DNA from: Vitrella brassicaformis CCMP3155 | Taxonomy: Eukaryota > Protista > Chromerida | DNA length: 64,000 nucleotides | Assembly: GCA_001179505.1 (NCBI GenBank) | Contig: CDMY01000347.1 | Span: forward strand, 372,001 to 436,000 | Direction of reading: 5' to 3' | Shown: piece by piece, positions 16,283 through 29,632 of the stretch | Layout of the letters: every line of letters starts with the position of its first letter | How positions within the stretch are numbered: the stretch's first letter is position 1 | The notes under the pieces: model-generated | Told to the model about the DNA's origin: nothing | Seen by the model: the letters and a program-made list of their open reading frames with translations, nothing else | Databases searched by the model: none | Program-made: the position numbers and the translations under genes

Positions 16283-17188
16283 TCAGCCCCCGCCCCGTCC
16301 ACCCATGATGTCAAACCCCACCGCCCCCACGCCCAGCCCCGGCCCCGCCAGCCACTCGGACAGCTCCCCACCACCCGCAGCAGCCGACAGTGGCCCATAG
16401 AACGCCGCAGTGTTCATCGGCCGAATGGCATCGTCGTGCCGCGACGAATGGTGGCCGGCCGAGACGTTGACGTATGGGAGCGATGAGAAGGTGTGTGAGA
16501 GCAGTGGGGGTAGCGATAAGAAGGGGTTGAACAAGTTGAAGGCCGGCACCGACCGAGCAGCTGACAGGGGCGGGGCGCGGGAGTAGGCGGCCGGTGTGGG
16601 AGGAGACGGCGAGGGGGAGGGAGAGGGAGAGGGAGAGGGAGAGGGAGACGGGGAGGGCCGCTGTCTCTCGCTGCTGCCCACCAGATATGACTCGTCGCTG
16701 CTGGCACGTGTGTCGCTGCTGCTGGTGGTGCTGGTTGTGTCCCTCGACGGGGGAGCAGCGGCCTCCACGGCGATGGGCTCCACCCATTGCCGCGGCTGTG
16801 TCTCGTTCCAGTCCATATCGGTGTCATCCACAAACGATGGCGGCATCAGCGACGGCAGCAGCTGCGGCACTGGCTGAGAGGTGGCGGCCACACCCTCGGG
16901 CGGGTCCTCCAGCGATGGGAACACGAATGCACGGTGCGGCTCGTACTGCCCCCCAGTACCCGCAGTGGTCTTGTCTTCTGCCGCCTTCTTGGCGTCGTTT
17001 CGCGCGGCGATGGCCTCGCCGTGGAGGGCCTCCATCCTGTCCAGCAGCGCGTGCAGGTCGCGGTCGAGGTCGAAGAGGCGGACCTCGAGATTGGTGAGCC
17101 GCGAGTCGAAGGCCCGCTCCTTCTCGTGCTCCAACCGATTCACCTCCGCAGCCTTCATGAACCTGACAGATACATGACATGGTGCGTG

Positions 17189-17222
<34 letters not shown>

Positions 17223-17796
17223 GCTGCCTGCTTTCGTGTGTAGGTCCCTACATACCTGAGTTTGAGTGAGACTGCGACGAGGCTGACCATGATGGTCAGC
17301 ACTATCAACTCACCCAGAATGTCAGCACCAACCTGCAACACAGACATCCATCCATTGCTTGCTCCCACGCCGTGTCGTGCGTCCGTCATCCCTCCCCCCG
17401 ACTACCCCAAGGCTCACTTACCTCGAGTGCCTTGTCTTCCTCGAGCATCTTCACGGACATGGTTACGCGTCCCTTGGCGGCCTCGCCCGTCTGGCCCGGC
17501 TTGGGCGAGAAGCCCTTGGCGGGATTGAACAAGGCGCTCAAAGTGAACCCACGACCCACATACTTCATCTGCACGTACATCCGATTCGTCAAGTGACCCG
17601 CATTTATCACGCCACGACGAAACCTGGACTCACCAACAGAACAGAACAGCCGGCCTGGTCTGCATTGCTCTCGACGCTTTCTGGTGCCTCTGACAGCCTA
17701 CCGGGGATGGTTTGTCGCAGCCTCGAGGATGCCATTGCTGACGCGGCGGCTCAGAGTGGCAATCACCGCCCTGGCGAACTCAAAGGCGATCTCCAT
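16283..17796 (-). CDS. OPA3: OPA3-like mitochondrial protein with a long low-complexity C-terminal tail
   Basis: Spliced product MEIAFEFARAVIATLSRRVSNGILEAATNHPR|FRRGVINAGHLTNRMYVQMK…VKMLEEDKALE|VGADILGELIVLTIMVSLVAVSLKL|RFMKAAEVNRLEHEKERAFDSRLTNLE fits the OPA3 pattern (HPxF, LxEExAxExGAxxLGE, TM segment, coiled coil). Confidence 0.8.
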
Positions 17797-18364
17797 GGCC
17801 TGGCGGCCGCCACGATGGTCACTCTGCGAGCAAGGCCGTCCCGCTTCACAGAGTGGTCACTCCCCGGCACCAGATACCAGCTGACGCACCGAGCAGAGCG
17901 GCGAAGATGGACAAACGCGCCCTTCCCAGCAATTCTGTGGAGAGAGCGGTTTCAGCAATTCCTCGCGGGGTGCGAGCTCAAGCTTCGGATCGCGGCTGCT
18001 GGCAGGACGTGTTTGTTTGTCTGTTTGTTTGCAGTGTTTGTCTGCCGCCAGCCAAGATCAAACAAACAGCATGGACACACAGCTCTTCACTCAGGATGAC
18101 AGTGTTTGTGCACTCACATAGACACAGACATAGACATACACATACAGACACAGACACACACATACAGACAGACAGTCAGACAGACTGAAAAAAGTGAGTT
18201 CAGGCTACTGTACAGACAGACACGAGTGAGAAGAACAAAGGACAGCTGTACTGTACCAGCCCAGCCAACACAGCGCCATAATGCCACTCACACACATAAG
18301 AGGGATCTCATTGACTGGCGACGGCTCGGTCCCATTGAACATATGGTCGCAGACGTGGCCAGCA

Positions 18365-19602
18365 TCAGCCGACCACCGTCTTGTCTTGTGGTGCGTCATT
18401 GGCTTGCTGCCTAGCCTTCCATTCGGCAACCGCCTGGTTCAGGATCTCCATGTAATGGTCCTTCAGACCGGCTCTCTCCAGGTCCTCCCACGAGGCCACC
18501 CCATCGCCGTCTATGTCGATGGCCTTGAAGTAGCCGAGCGGCTTCCGCTCCGTCGAGAGCTCCAATGATTTGCAGATCATCTCCTGATTGGTGGGTGAGG
18601 GAGGCAGCACACACACACACACACACACACATCCATTCTCGGTTGGTTGCTCAGTCACATTCAACAAGCGCTACCATGGCGCAGTTGAAGTCCTCTTGCG
18701 GCAAAGTGAGGTAGACGGGCTCGCAGATGTTCACCACCCAGTGCTCTCCTGCACAGCCAACAACAGACAGACAACACACACACACGGGGAATCAACGATA
18801 GCTGAACATTCATGTGTGCATGGAGGTGCCCTCCGTCCACAGCCCACCCTTGTCGAGCTCGCGCCACATGCCCTGATAGAAGTCCACGAATGCCCTATCG
18901 TCTTGGCAACACTTCTTGTGTGCGTCGACAAGCACTCGCAGCTTCCAGTCGAGCTCCTGAGTGATTGATGCACACGACAGACAGACACGTGTGTATGTGG
19001 GTGTGTGTGCATGTATCGCCCACACACCCACTCACCTGGTCGATGGGCCGCATCTCGATGATGGACGCGAGCGCAGCAATTCGGCCCTCTGTGTCTTCCT
19101 CGTTGGACGTCTCAATGTCCCTGAGAGAGAGACGTGGGCAGGGTCAGCAAGGCGCACACACATCCATCCATCCATCCGTGTCCTTGAGCATGGCTGAGGC
19201 TACAGATGCTGGTCTGTCTCACCAGCCATGCTGCCAGCCGCTGTTGAGAAGCGCATGCTCGACGAAGGCCTCGAACAATAGCGGGCAGCGGAGGCGCTCC
19301 ATCCGCATGGAGAAATCGATGCGCATGCTGTCGAGGTCCATGTCTTTCTCCACAGCCAGGCCTTGGTAGTCGTGTTGCTGCTGAATGAACCACCGTCGCT
19401 TTCCTGGTCTGAAGCGGAAGATCTTCCGGAAGAGCGCCTTCACAGGCCTGGGCAGTTGCTTGATGTTGATGGCATGATGCCGAGTGAGGGGCAGATGGCT
19501 GCTTGGAGGGGAAAGAATGTGGGTGTGCGGGGCGAAGGCAACGACCGTGGCCAGAGAGACGACCACAAGTAGAGCCAAGATGCCGCTACCCGCCATTCTC
19601 AT
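18365..19602 (-). CDS. EF-hand protein with a bipartite (signal plus transit) plastid-targeting-like leader
   Basis: N-terminus MAGSGILALLVVVSLATVVAF-APH followed by a basic, Ser/His-rich stretch. C-terminal loop DIDGDGVASWEDL is a canonical EF-hand. Five spliceable exons. Confidence 0.7.
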
Positions 19603-19924
19603 GGCCTGCAATGGAATGCACGTGCGTGAATGAATGACAAATGACAAATGACAGATACATATACAAATCTTTGTCTTACCGAGCGCTTGTGGTCTGATGG
19701 TACAGATTTTCAGGAGCGGGAGGGGCATTCGCGGAGTGGTTAGTCTTTGGCTGTCACCCAGCTGCGACCTGAAAGCTCGCAGCTGCTCCACTTTCGGACC
19801 ACTTTCGACGTGGGAAGCCCTGCAAGGGCGGCATTGTTTATGTGCCTGACTGACTGCGACGGCTATGATTTGCAAAAGAGCCTGTTGTAGTGACTCCCAT
19901 GAGAAGCGCCGCCTGTGACCGACC

Positions 19925-20559
19925 ATGGCAGATCTGAATGAAGTGAGCGAAGGAAGCAACGCAGAGTGGGACAACAGCGCACTGCCCACACTGGTGAGTG
20001 TTGAGCGTTGAGCCGATAGGCAGCAAAGATCCAGCCCCTCGGCTACTGATTTGATTGTCTGTCCTTCACGCGATGCTCTGTCGTGTCTGCCTGTCTGTCT
20101 GTCTGTGTGTCTGTGTGTCTGCAGGGCGTGCGGACCCATCGGGTGAGTGGCAGCAGCGTCAAGGTGACGCTAGAGACATGCCCACTGGGTGCCCGCTTTT
20201 TGGTCGCCGTGGCCGACGCGGTCGACGCTGCGGGCTGCGAAATCACTCACATCAAATATGACGCCAAGGTGAGTCAGTCGCGGCCTCCTTCCTGTCTTTG
20301 GCATCGATCTATGCATGCGCTGATGTGTGTGCTGATGCGTGTGCAGGTGGAGCCGCCCCGTCGGTACCCCTGGACGGCCAAGCTGTGTGTGACGGTTGAG
20401 GAAACACAGCCGCTGACCTACAGCAGCTGCAGCAAGGACAGGGAGGCCGTCAGGGAGGCCGTCCTGCGGGATCGGCTGGGAAGAGTCTGGCAGAAGTCGG
20501 CCGACCAGCCGACAGTGCACCCAGACGAACCGTTCTCGTAAGCAAGTCACACATTCACA

Positions 20560-20601
<42 letters not shown>

Positions 20602-21675
20602 CAGCAGCACACCACACCCACCACACCCTTAAAGTCTGTGTGCACATGGATGGGTATGCATATCAGCAACTGGCGTCGCAAGAAGCGTTCGATGATCGAC
20701 GCGCCCTCGGTGGTGCCGCATCGGCCATTTACAATGGAGGTGAGGGCGCTCCCGGCCCACCTCATGGCCCACGTGGCGGCGCAGGTGATGCACGTCGGCC
20801 TGTTGCCGACCGCCGTAGATCTGTCGTGTGCGGCCAAGGGTAACAACGGTGAGGGAATGGGGGGCCTGTGGGGCAGCATGACGCTGCGCAAGGGGGTGCT
20901 CGTGAAGATCGTGCAGCGGGAGGCCAGGGAATCTGACGATAGTGTCGCAGACAGACTCAACAAGGTCAGCGAGCAGATGAGCAGATGAGCATTCATTCAC
21001 CGCTTGTGCCTGCCACATTCCTTTCATGCGTCCATCCATACAGTCGATAGAGCGAGTGCTGGTGTCGCCCATTGAGATCTTCAGCCGAGACAGCCGGCCG
21101 CCAGCAGCCAGCGTATCCATCACGCCACAACGATCTGCCGTCGGGGGCTTCACTCGGTACGTAGGCCATCGGACAGCGATCGATCAGTGTTGTGTTCATC
21201 CGTCTGTTTCTCTCTCCCTCGCACACTCAGGAGTGCCGGCTCGCTGGTACGCAGTGTTGTCCGCGGCCTGTGTCGCCCACGACCTGCAGACGCCGGGACG
21301 GTGCCGCCCGCCACTTCGCGCGTCGAGGTGGTCGAGGTGGCCAGGAAGCACTCGCTCGATCTGCTGCGCCGCATGCGCAGCTTCTCCACCCCATCCGTCC
21401 GTCCACACAGGGAGAGAAGCCCGAGAAGTCCCAGCAAGGGCGGCAACACACTGGAGGCCGCCATCGACGCGCGCGAGAGTCGGTCAACAAGTGCGTCCAG
21501 CCAGCCAGCCGAGCTGCCGATCGAGCTGCTGCTGCGCGAGGAGCACCACGGTCATGAGGAAGGCGACACATCGCCGAGGGGTGCCAAGCGGACGCCGCTG
21601 GACGAGACAGGTCAGGAGGGGGCGGTGCAGACCGTGGGGGTCATTCCACTCAAACCCATGTGCAGAGGCGCGTAG
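19925..21675 (+). CDS. Hypothetical protein with two weakly ACT-like segments
   Basis: Phase-compatible exons MADLNEVSEG…|GVRTHRVSGSSVKVTLETCPLGARFLVAVADAVDAAGCEITHIKYDAK|VEPP…DEPFS|NWRRKKR…FTMEVRALPAHLMAHVAAQVMHVGL… ending PMCRGA*. Confidence 0.55.
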
Positions 21676-21699
21676 ACAGGACGGTGGGAGGTGGGGGAT

Positions 21700-24600
21700 T
21701 GGCTATCGGATGGAGGGAGGGTGGGAAGCGTTTGTTCGAAATTGACGATATAGGAGTATTCGTGGATCGGATCCCCTTTTTTATTTCTCCTCTGCATACG
21801 TGCGAGAGCATAGGGAGGCGCGCCGTGCCGCGTGGGAGGTAGGGTGTGGGCAATGAATGGGGCAATGGGGAAGGGGGTGTTGTGCTGTGATGGGTCTGCG
21901 GCCCTCTCTAATCACGAGAGAGTTTTCCACCGAGACACATACACGCAGACACGGACCTATCACGGGGGGATGGATGAATGGATGGATGGATGGATGGACG
22001 CACGCATCAGCTGTCCCCCCGTCCCTGATCAGGGTGTTTGCCTGCCTGCCTGCCTGCCTGCCTGCTGAATTGCTCCTTTTGGGTGTATTGAAGCGCGTAC
22101 AAGGTGGGTGTTTTGTTTCCCGTTGGTGTTTCTTGCGTATGCCCGTTGGAATGCATGGGATGGGATGTGTGTAGTTACGTGAGGTTACGGATGGCGAGTG
22201 CTTGAGTGTGCCATCCATCCTGCCTAGATCCGTAGTGGTTTATTGCCTACCTATACCTATCTCTCTCTCTCTCTCTGTGTGTGTGTCTGTGTGTGTGTGT
22301 CTGTTCACCAACCAGGTCGGGGTGCGACATGGTTGAGTATGCCTGACTGCCTGCCTGCCTGCCTGCCGTGTTGATGGAGGGGTCGATGGGTTGATTGGTT
22401 GATCGTGCAGTCAGCACATGGCTGGATGGCTGGATGGCAAATGTGTCGGTACCGATGCAAGAGTTCGCGTTGCGTTGTGCGTACGTACGTATGTCAGGCG
22501 GGAAGGCAGACACAATTGGGGGCTGTCTGTCTGTCTGTCCTACTCTCTGGGTCTCTGTCCCTCTTTGCCTGCCTGCCTGCCTGCCTGCCTGTGTGTCTAG
22601 CCTTTCGCCTGCTACATTTACTGATCGCACGCACGTGCCCGACTATCTTTCTCGGCGTGTATGGCTATCTGTCTGTCCGTCCGTCTGTGTGTCTGTGTGT
22701 CTGTCTGTCTGTCCATCGCTCCTCTGTCGGCGCCAAAGCTGCCATGGCTGCGCGGGTGTGCTTGCTTGGTATCGGGTCCACCCTGCTTGCTCGTCTGCCT
22801 GTATACGAGGCACGTTTACAACCTCTGCGCGTGTGTGTCTTTGCATGTGTGTTTGGTGACATGGGTCTGGCTGCGTAGGGCAGGGGGAGGGGGGAGGGGG
22901 GGNNNNNNNNNNNNNNNNNNNNNNNNNNNNNNNNNNNNNNNNNNNNNNNNNNNNNNNNNNNNNNNNNNNNNNNNNNNNNNNNNNNNNNNNNNNNNNNNNN
23001 NNNNNNNNNNNNNNNNNNNNNNNNNNNNNNNNNNNNNNNNNNNNNNNNNNNNNNNNNNNNNNNNNNNNNNNNNNNNNNNNNNNNNNNNNNNNNNNNNNNN
23101 NNNNNNNNNNNNNNNNNNNNNNNNNNNNNNNNNNNNNNNNNNNNNNNNNNNNNNNNNNNNNNNNNNNNNNNNNNNNNNNNNNNNNNNNNNNNNNNNNNNN
23201 NNGGAGGGGGTGGCCTAAGTACATGTAGTATAATCATGCGAGCCGTCAAGAAAGTATATCTGCGTGCGATTCCGTGTGTGAGAGTCGCGCACTGCAGTGA
23301 CTTACTTCATCATCGACCTGACTTTGTTGTGTGTCACGTGGAGGGTCGCGTCGCGTATGCGGTGGCGTGTGGGTACGTGGGTGTCGGGAGTCAGTCGTTT
23401 TTGCCTTATATGTCTGTCCGGTCGATCATGGTGTGGTGTGTCCATGTGTGTTTTTCTGATGCGACCGACGCAATGGACGGATACACGCACCTTCACCATA
23501 GTGCCCCCTGCCTCCCTCCCTCCCTCCCGGCGTGTGTGTGTGGTGTGGTGTTTATGCGACAAATTCACCGACTGCCTCCCATGCCATCCATACCACTACA
23601 TGTCATTCCATCAGCACACGTGTGTGTGTGTGGGCTTGCCTGTGGGCCCATCCATCCATCCATCCTTTCGCACACACACACACGTGTGCCCACGTTTTCA
23701 AAGAGAGCTAGCCTGGCTCCCTCTCCTCTCCTCTCCTCGCCTCGCCTTTATCTGGTTTTGTACACTAGCTACGCCACGCCACGCCACGCCCGCGACGCCA
23801 TAATACTCGGCACAATGGCATTCTCCCTGTCGCCGGCGCACCACACGCACCGGTTCGTCGGTGTCATTCATTCACCCATGCCATGTGTGTCAGTCACTAC
23901 TACGCTACTGGCCCGATAGAGAAGTGAGGTCAGCGTATCCATCCATCCATCCATCGTACACGTGTGTATGCCCGATGTGTGCTTCAAGGCGTTTTGCCGC
24001 CTTCATTCAGGCGCTCAGGCATGCAGGCGTGACGTGGTTGGTGTGCATCGTTGTCGTGTACCCACACGTGCGTGAGCACATGTGTGTCGTGATCCGTGAG
24101 CGAACCTGTGGACGACACCTATACCTGACGACCGTTCCATCGCGTGTCTCTCTGTCTGTCTGCCTGATAATGTCCACTGATCTGACTGACTCCCGCTTCG
24201 TGAAACGTGTTGACTTTTTATCCTCCTTGCTGACGTGTGTGCGTGTGTGCAGTTTTTGCGAGTGCTTGGTTGATGTCCCAGGGTCTGTCTGTCGGTCTGT
24301 CTGTCTAGTCAATGGGCAAAATGGATGGATGGATGGATCACAGACACGAGCTGCGCAAAGGGTGAGGTCCTGCCTGTCTGTCTGTCTGTCTGTGTGGGTC
24401 AGGTGAGGGCAGATAGGACAACGGACGCAGCTGTTGAACGGTAGGGAGGCAACGGGAGGGAGGGAGGGAGGGAGGGGAGTATAAGGGACAATCAGACACA
24501 CACGAGGCCTCGATTGTATTTGTCAGTCTCAGTCGATGCTGTCTGTCTGTCTGTCTGACTGTCTGTCTCAACTGCCCGTTGTCAATGGCTGCCTGTTCGA

Positions 24601-25900
24601 CTGCCTGGATGTGCCCTGCTTGATACAAACGAAGAAACAGCTGCGTGCAGCCGTCTTTGCTGCTTGCCGCAGCGGTCCCATGGTTGCGTGTCTCACTGAC
24701 TGACTGACTGACTGACTGACGAGACAGACTTGTTTGGATCGACGCCGCAACCAGCGTACCGACCGACGGCGGTGTGAGTTTTTCCGCGCTGTTGCGCGCG
24801 GACAATCCCCGGCCAGAGGACACGTATGTGTGGGGACACTTACTTGATTGTGTGGGTGTGTGGGTGGGGCGCTGTCGGTCGACATGTGCTCGACTGTGTC
24901 TGTATATCCATCTGCGTATCTGTCTGTCTGTACATGTGGGCAGAGAGAGATACGTACAGACATCGATCATACCGTGCCTGGATCGGGCCTTCGAGCACCG
25001 GTCTCTCTCTCTCTCTCTCTCGTGTGTGTGCGTGAGGGAGCTTGCAATGAGGAAAGCTTGTGTCATGCATGTCAGTCAGTCAGTCATGCATGCATGTGTG
25101 TGTGTGTAGGTGCCTACCTACCTATCCATTTGTACATCCATCCATCCATGCACCGATCGATCGATCGATCTTGCTTGAATGAATGAATGAGTGAATGCCA
25201 TGGCTTGCTGCCTTCGATCATTCCTTCCTTCGTGTGCCGTCCTTCCGCCCTGTGCACCTAGGCCTGCGTTTTGTGCCTCCACATCTAACTCACTCCAAGT
25301 GCTGGTCGGCCGGTGTGTCGGTCAGTTGATGTCCCCCCACCTCTCTGCCATAGCTAGCTCGACACCTCCCCTCATCCCTGACTCACTCACTCATCTGAAT
25401 GAGGTGAGTGGATTGCGTGCGTCTGTGGATTCCAGTACACAGACTGCCTGCCTGCCTGTCGGCTCAGCGTCACTCTGAGGACACTGGCTGTCTCTCTGGG
25501 TATGACGTCTCTCTCTGTCTCGAGTGAACTGGTCAATTCATTCACCTCACCGATCGGGTGGCCATGGCCGCAGCGCATTCAGCGAGACTAGGCATACACA
25601 CACCCCAACCAACACACGCAAGCCGTCTCACAGCCCACCTTCCCCCTGCAACACACATAACCCAAACAGCACAAGCACAGCTAGATGGACACACCTTCAC
25701 AGTCCAGCCGCCCTTGGCCGTCAGCACAGACAGACAGACAGACAGACGCAGTGACCAGTAACCGACCCACTCACGGCCAACGACCAACGGAGTGTAAGTA
25801 GTGCCCGACTGCCAAAAGCTGAGCTAGCACCAAGGACCAAAAGCGCAGAAAAGCGCCGAAAGAGAGAGGGGGGAGGGGTGAGGTGAGATCATGTGCACCA
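21700..25900. repeat. Microsatellite-rich intergenic tract
   Basis: Dense (GGAT)n, (GCCT)n, (GTCT)n, (GACT)n, (CA)n and (GA)n arrays; no coding-like ORF. Confidence 0.7.
22903..23202. other. Assembly gap (300 N)
   Basis: N run. Confidence 1.
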
Positions 25901-25934
25901 AATGCATCAACCAATCGGTCAGTCGCCCAGCCAG

Positions 25935-26894
25935 TCAGGACAGCAAAAAAAGCCCCAGAGCCAAATGAACCACCCCCAAGAGGAGGGCAAATGAGGGCCT
26001 CACACCAGCGGCAGCCCCCCGCTTTGCCGGCCTTTGTGCCACCTTTTGCCGTTCTTCCAGATATTTCGGCAGCTCCTTCATCTCGACAGCTAATTTCTCT
26101 TGCACTGCGGGATCGACCAGCTGCTCGACAATCTCATAGACGACGTAGAACCACCAGAAGTCGTTTTTGACGTCCGGCAGCTGCTCAAGCTGGTTCAGGG
26201 TGCCTGATTGGGTCATAATCAATCGGTGCATGCAGCGAGTACAGAAATGTTCCGTTCACATGAGGGGGGGGGGACCTACCGACGAGGTGGTAGCCGCCGA
26301 CCTGGCGGCCGTCGGATGTTTTGACGGGCGGCCACCAGTAGGCGAAGCTGCTGCCGAAGCCCTTTATGAGACAAACAAACAAGATGAACGACAATACACA
26401 CACAGGGATAAGATCTAATCAGGGCGCCCCTCACCTCGTGGCCGAGGATCTCGCCCATGTCCTCGTCGTCGAACTTGACTGCGAAGATACCAGACGAGTA
26501 CACGTTGTCCCACTGCCCCTGACAAACACCAAAGCGCAACACACACACACACACACACACCGAAATGCATTTTATGTAGCCGTACAAGCCAAGGCAACGC
26601 AGTCAATGCAACTCGACACCTACTTCTTTGACGTCGTAATCCACGTGCATATGAAAGGCATCCGGGCCAAAGAAACGCTGGACGGTTTCGTTGTTCTTGT
26701 AGAGGCCGCCCGGTCCTGGGCTCTCGAAGATGCCCCGCAGCACCTTGACGAGGTCCTCAGTGGTGGACACGAGCCCGCCGCCGCCCCATTCGGCGGTCTG
26801 CCGCTTGTGCGTGGACATGTCGATCTGCTCATTGCCATGGATGGCCGGCTTGCTCCAGTAACGATTCAATATCGGCAGAGAGCTCCTGCGGCCA

Positions 26895-26932
<38 letters not shown>

Positions 26933-28060
26933 TGGCGGCTTGCACATGTGTGTGATGTGATGTGCTGTCTCTGTCTGTGCCCATATGTGCAGCTGGCATA
27001 CCCACCGTGGTTTCTCTCTATAGCGCAGCCATGTGCTGGTCATGTTGAGGGGCTCGTACAGCCGCACCTTGTAAACGTCAGCCAGCGGCTTTCCCTCCAG
27101 CTCCTCCAACAGGAAGCCCAGAAGGACGTAGTTGGTGTCGGAGTAGTACACGGCATACTGGTCGTACTTCGCGAAGTAAGGCTCGTCCTCACCGGTGTGT
27201 GGCACGTAGTGGGCCTCCATCTTGGCGACGAACGGGATGACCTCTTCTGGCTCCCACCGGCGATTGATGTCGGCGAGGAAGGTCTTGTTGAAGTCGGGCG
27301 ACTGCCAATGACATACAGATCACTGACTGCCAGTGGTGTATCTATGTGTGTAGGGACCTCACATTCCAGTAGTCCGGGAGTCCCGACTTGTGGTTGAGGA
27401 GCATCTCGACAGTGATCTGGTCGGTGTAGTTCGTGCCGTTTATCTGATGTAGATTGGGGGGCACCCTTGTCTCATTCGGCACCAAATCCATTATCTTGTC
27501 TACAGACGGGCAGACAGACAGACAGACAGGCAATTGAGACGGTGGTTCGATTTGTCCACCCACGTGTGTACCTGATAGGTTGATCTTGCCCTCGTCGACA
27601 TACGTGAAAACCGTCGCCGCCTGAAGCAGACAGACAGACAGACAGGCATTATGAATTCTCTCTCATACCCCGTATTACCCACCGTGAGCATCTTTGAGAT
27701 ACTGGCGATCTCATAAGGATGCTTTCGGGTGACCGGAGGCGGGTTCGCGTTGCGACCCGGAGGGCCGCCATCATACGCCCCCTCCCACACCAAAGTGCCG
27801 TCGCCCTTCGCGATGCGCATCAGGCCCGCACCCCAACCAAGGTTCCTGTCAGTGGCCCTCCCGAGAATGCGCTCGAATCGCTCGTATGCAGGGGTATTGG
27901 GGTCGAATTCGAAGCTGTCTGTGTCGGTGAGGTACGGATCGTACACTTGGAGGCCACGCATGAGGAGACACGACGAGTCGCCCTCCTTGCAGGGCTCCTG
28001 GGGGGACTGCTGCTGGCCAACGGCGCCGTGTGTGAGGAACAACAGGGCGAGCAGCACCAT
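25935..28060 (-). CDS. Beta-lactamase-family (class C/DD-peptidase-like) serine hydrolase, secreted, with a GPI-like C-terminus
   Basis: Signal MVLLALLFLTHGAVG; SxxK motif EIASISKMLT; LLNHKSGLPDYW; YYSDTNYVLLG; GGGGLVSTTEDL; spliced ILGHE|GFG (HxG); hydrophobic tail FALLLGVVHLALGLFLLS*. Confidence 0.88.
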
Positions 28061-28366
28061 GGTCAACCGAAAGCGCCGCCATAAATGAATCCCGCTTGCT
28101 GGCCGTTGGATGGTGAGATGGATGGACGGGAAGGACGGTGAGCGAGAGCCCCAACGCGAGAAGGGGCTGGACCCTGTATAATAATTGACCCTGTGCGTTG
28201 GGCTGGAGCGGTGGGGTGTTATGATGGAAGTGGGGGGGAGGGGGAGGAATGGATGAAGCACGAGTGGCGGAAACGTTGGACGAGAGGAGGAGGGAAGGGA
28301 TAGTTTGAGCTCGCACCGGCAATTGGCACGGGTAGGCACAGTCTTCCGCATCCTGGATTTTACAGG

Positions 28367-29147
28367 ATGGCTCTCCTACCATCATTAACATGCATCGTTG
28401 TGGCTGCGCGTCTGGACCTTCTCTCCGCCTTTCGTCCCCCTCCCCTCCCACCAGCGCTTTCAACTCATCCATCGAGGAGGCCGACAACGTCGCTTGACGT
28501 GTTCAAGGGCTTCGGCGCTGCACCACCTGCGACGAGCAAGAAGAAGGAAGATCCGACGGCGGAGCACCTGGATGACGACTGCCCTTGTTTTGAAGGCAAG
28601 CTCTACAAGGACTGTTGCCGACCTCTCCACAAGGGCGTGGCGCAGCCTGCCGATGCGGAGCAGCTTCTGAGGGCACGGTGAGTGAGGGCGGCAGACGCTG
28701 ATCTGATCTGTGGTGTGTTCTTCTTGATTGTGGGTGCTCTCTGTGTGATTCCTTCTCTTCGTGTGTGTCCGTGATGCTCTTTGCAGGTTCTGTGCTCACG
28801 CCTTCAAGGTCCCGCGGTATATCCTGACAACCACGTCCATCGACAGCGACACCTACAAGGAGAACCAGGAGAAGTGGGAGAGGAAGACCAAAGAGATCCT
28901 CGACAAAGCCGAGTTTGAGAATCTGCAGATCAAAAACATCACCGACATTGACGGCGACCACACGTCCATCGAGTTCACCTACGACGTGTCGGGGCCCAAC
29001 CGGAAGACCGAGACCAAGAAGGAGAAGAGCTACTTTGTCAAGAGCGAGGGCGGCCGGTGGATGTTTCTGAGGTCGGACAAACCCAAGGACCTCACCGCGG
29101 ACAGTCGGATGAAGAAGCGTAAGGTTGCGTCAGGCGGACTGGTGTGA
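28367..29147 (+). CDS. ychJ: YchJ/UPF0225 SEC-C motif protein with a plastid-targeting-like leader
   Basis: DDCPCFEGKLYKDCCRPLHKG…AEQLLRAR|FCAHAF…FENLQI…IEF…EKSYFVKSEGGRWMF. Leader MALLPSLTCIVVAARLDLLSAF-RPP. One intron, about 28678-28787. Confidence 0.85.
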
Positions 29148-29493
29148 GTGAGTGAGTGATGGCGAGTCAGTCATTCTGTCTGCTGTGTGTCGGTCGGTGC
29201 GGGCAAGTGGCTATGTGATGTGTAAGCTAAGCGGCTGCTGGCAGTGTAGTTCACTGACTTCTGGATGGATGGACTGATGAAGAATGGGTGTGCTGTCGAA
29301 TGCCGCAGGCACATTGTCGCCTCACACTCGTTTAACGAATTACCAAGCAAGGCCACGCAAAAGTGGGTACAAATGACAAGAGAAAACCCTAGCTGTCGAT
29401 GCATGCATCACAACATCCACGTACGTCTACTTAGCCCCAGCTAATCGTCCCCTTGTGTGTACGGTAGAACACTGCAGGCAGCGGGTGCGCCAT

Positions 29494-29596
29494 TCACACG
29501 TTGAACGCACGCACATTCTGGATCAGGCGGTGCTCCCACTTCTGCACAGATACAGCCATCCACACCATCCACAGCATCCACAGCACAACACACACA

Positions 29597-29632
<36 letters not shown>

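Noticed and set aside
21700-25900. Many 60-240 aa ORFs in the intergenic tract
   Set aside because: They translate microsatellites (CVCV, LPAC, TDRQ, HPSI) or run through Ns; no coding signature.
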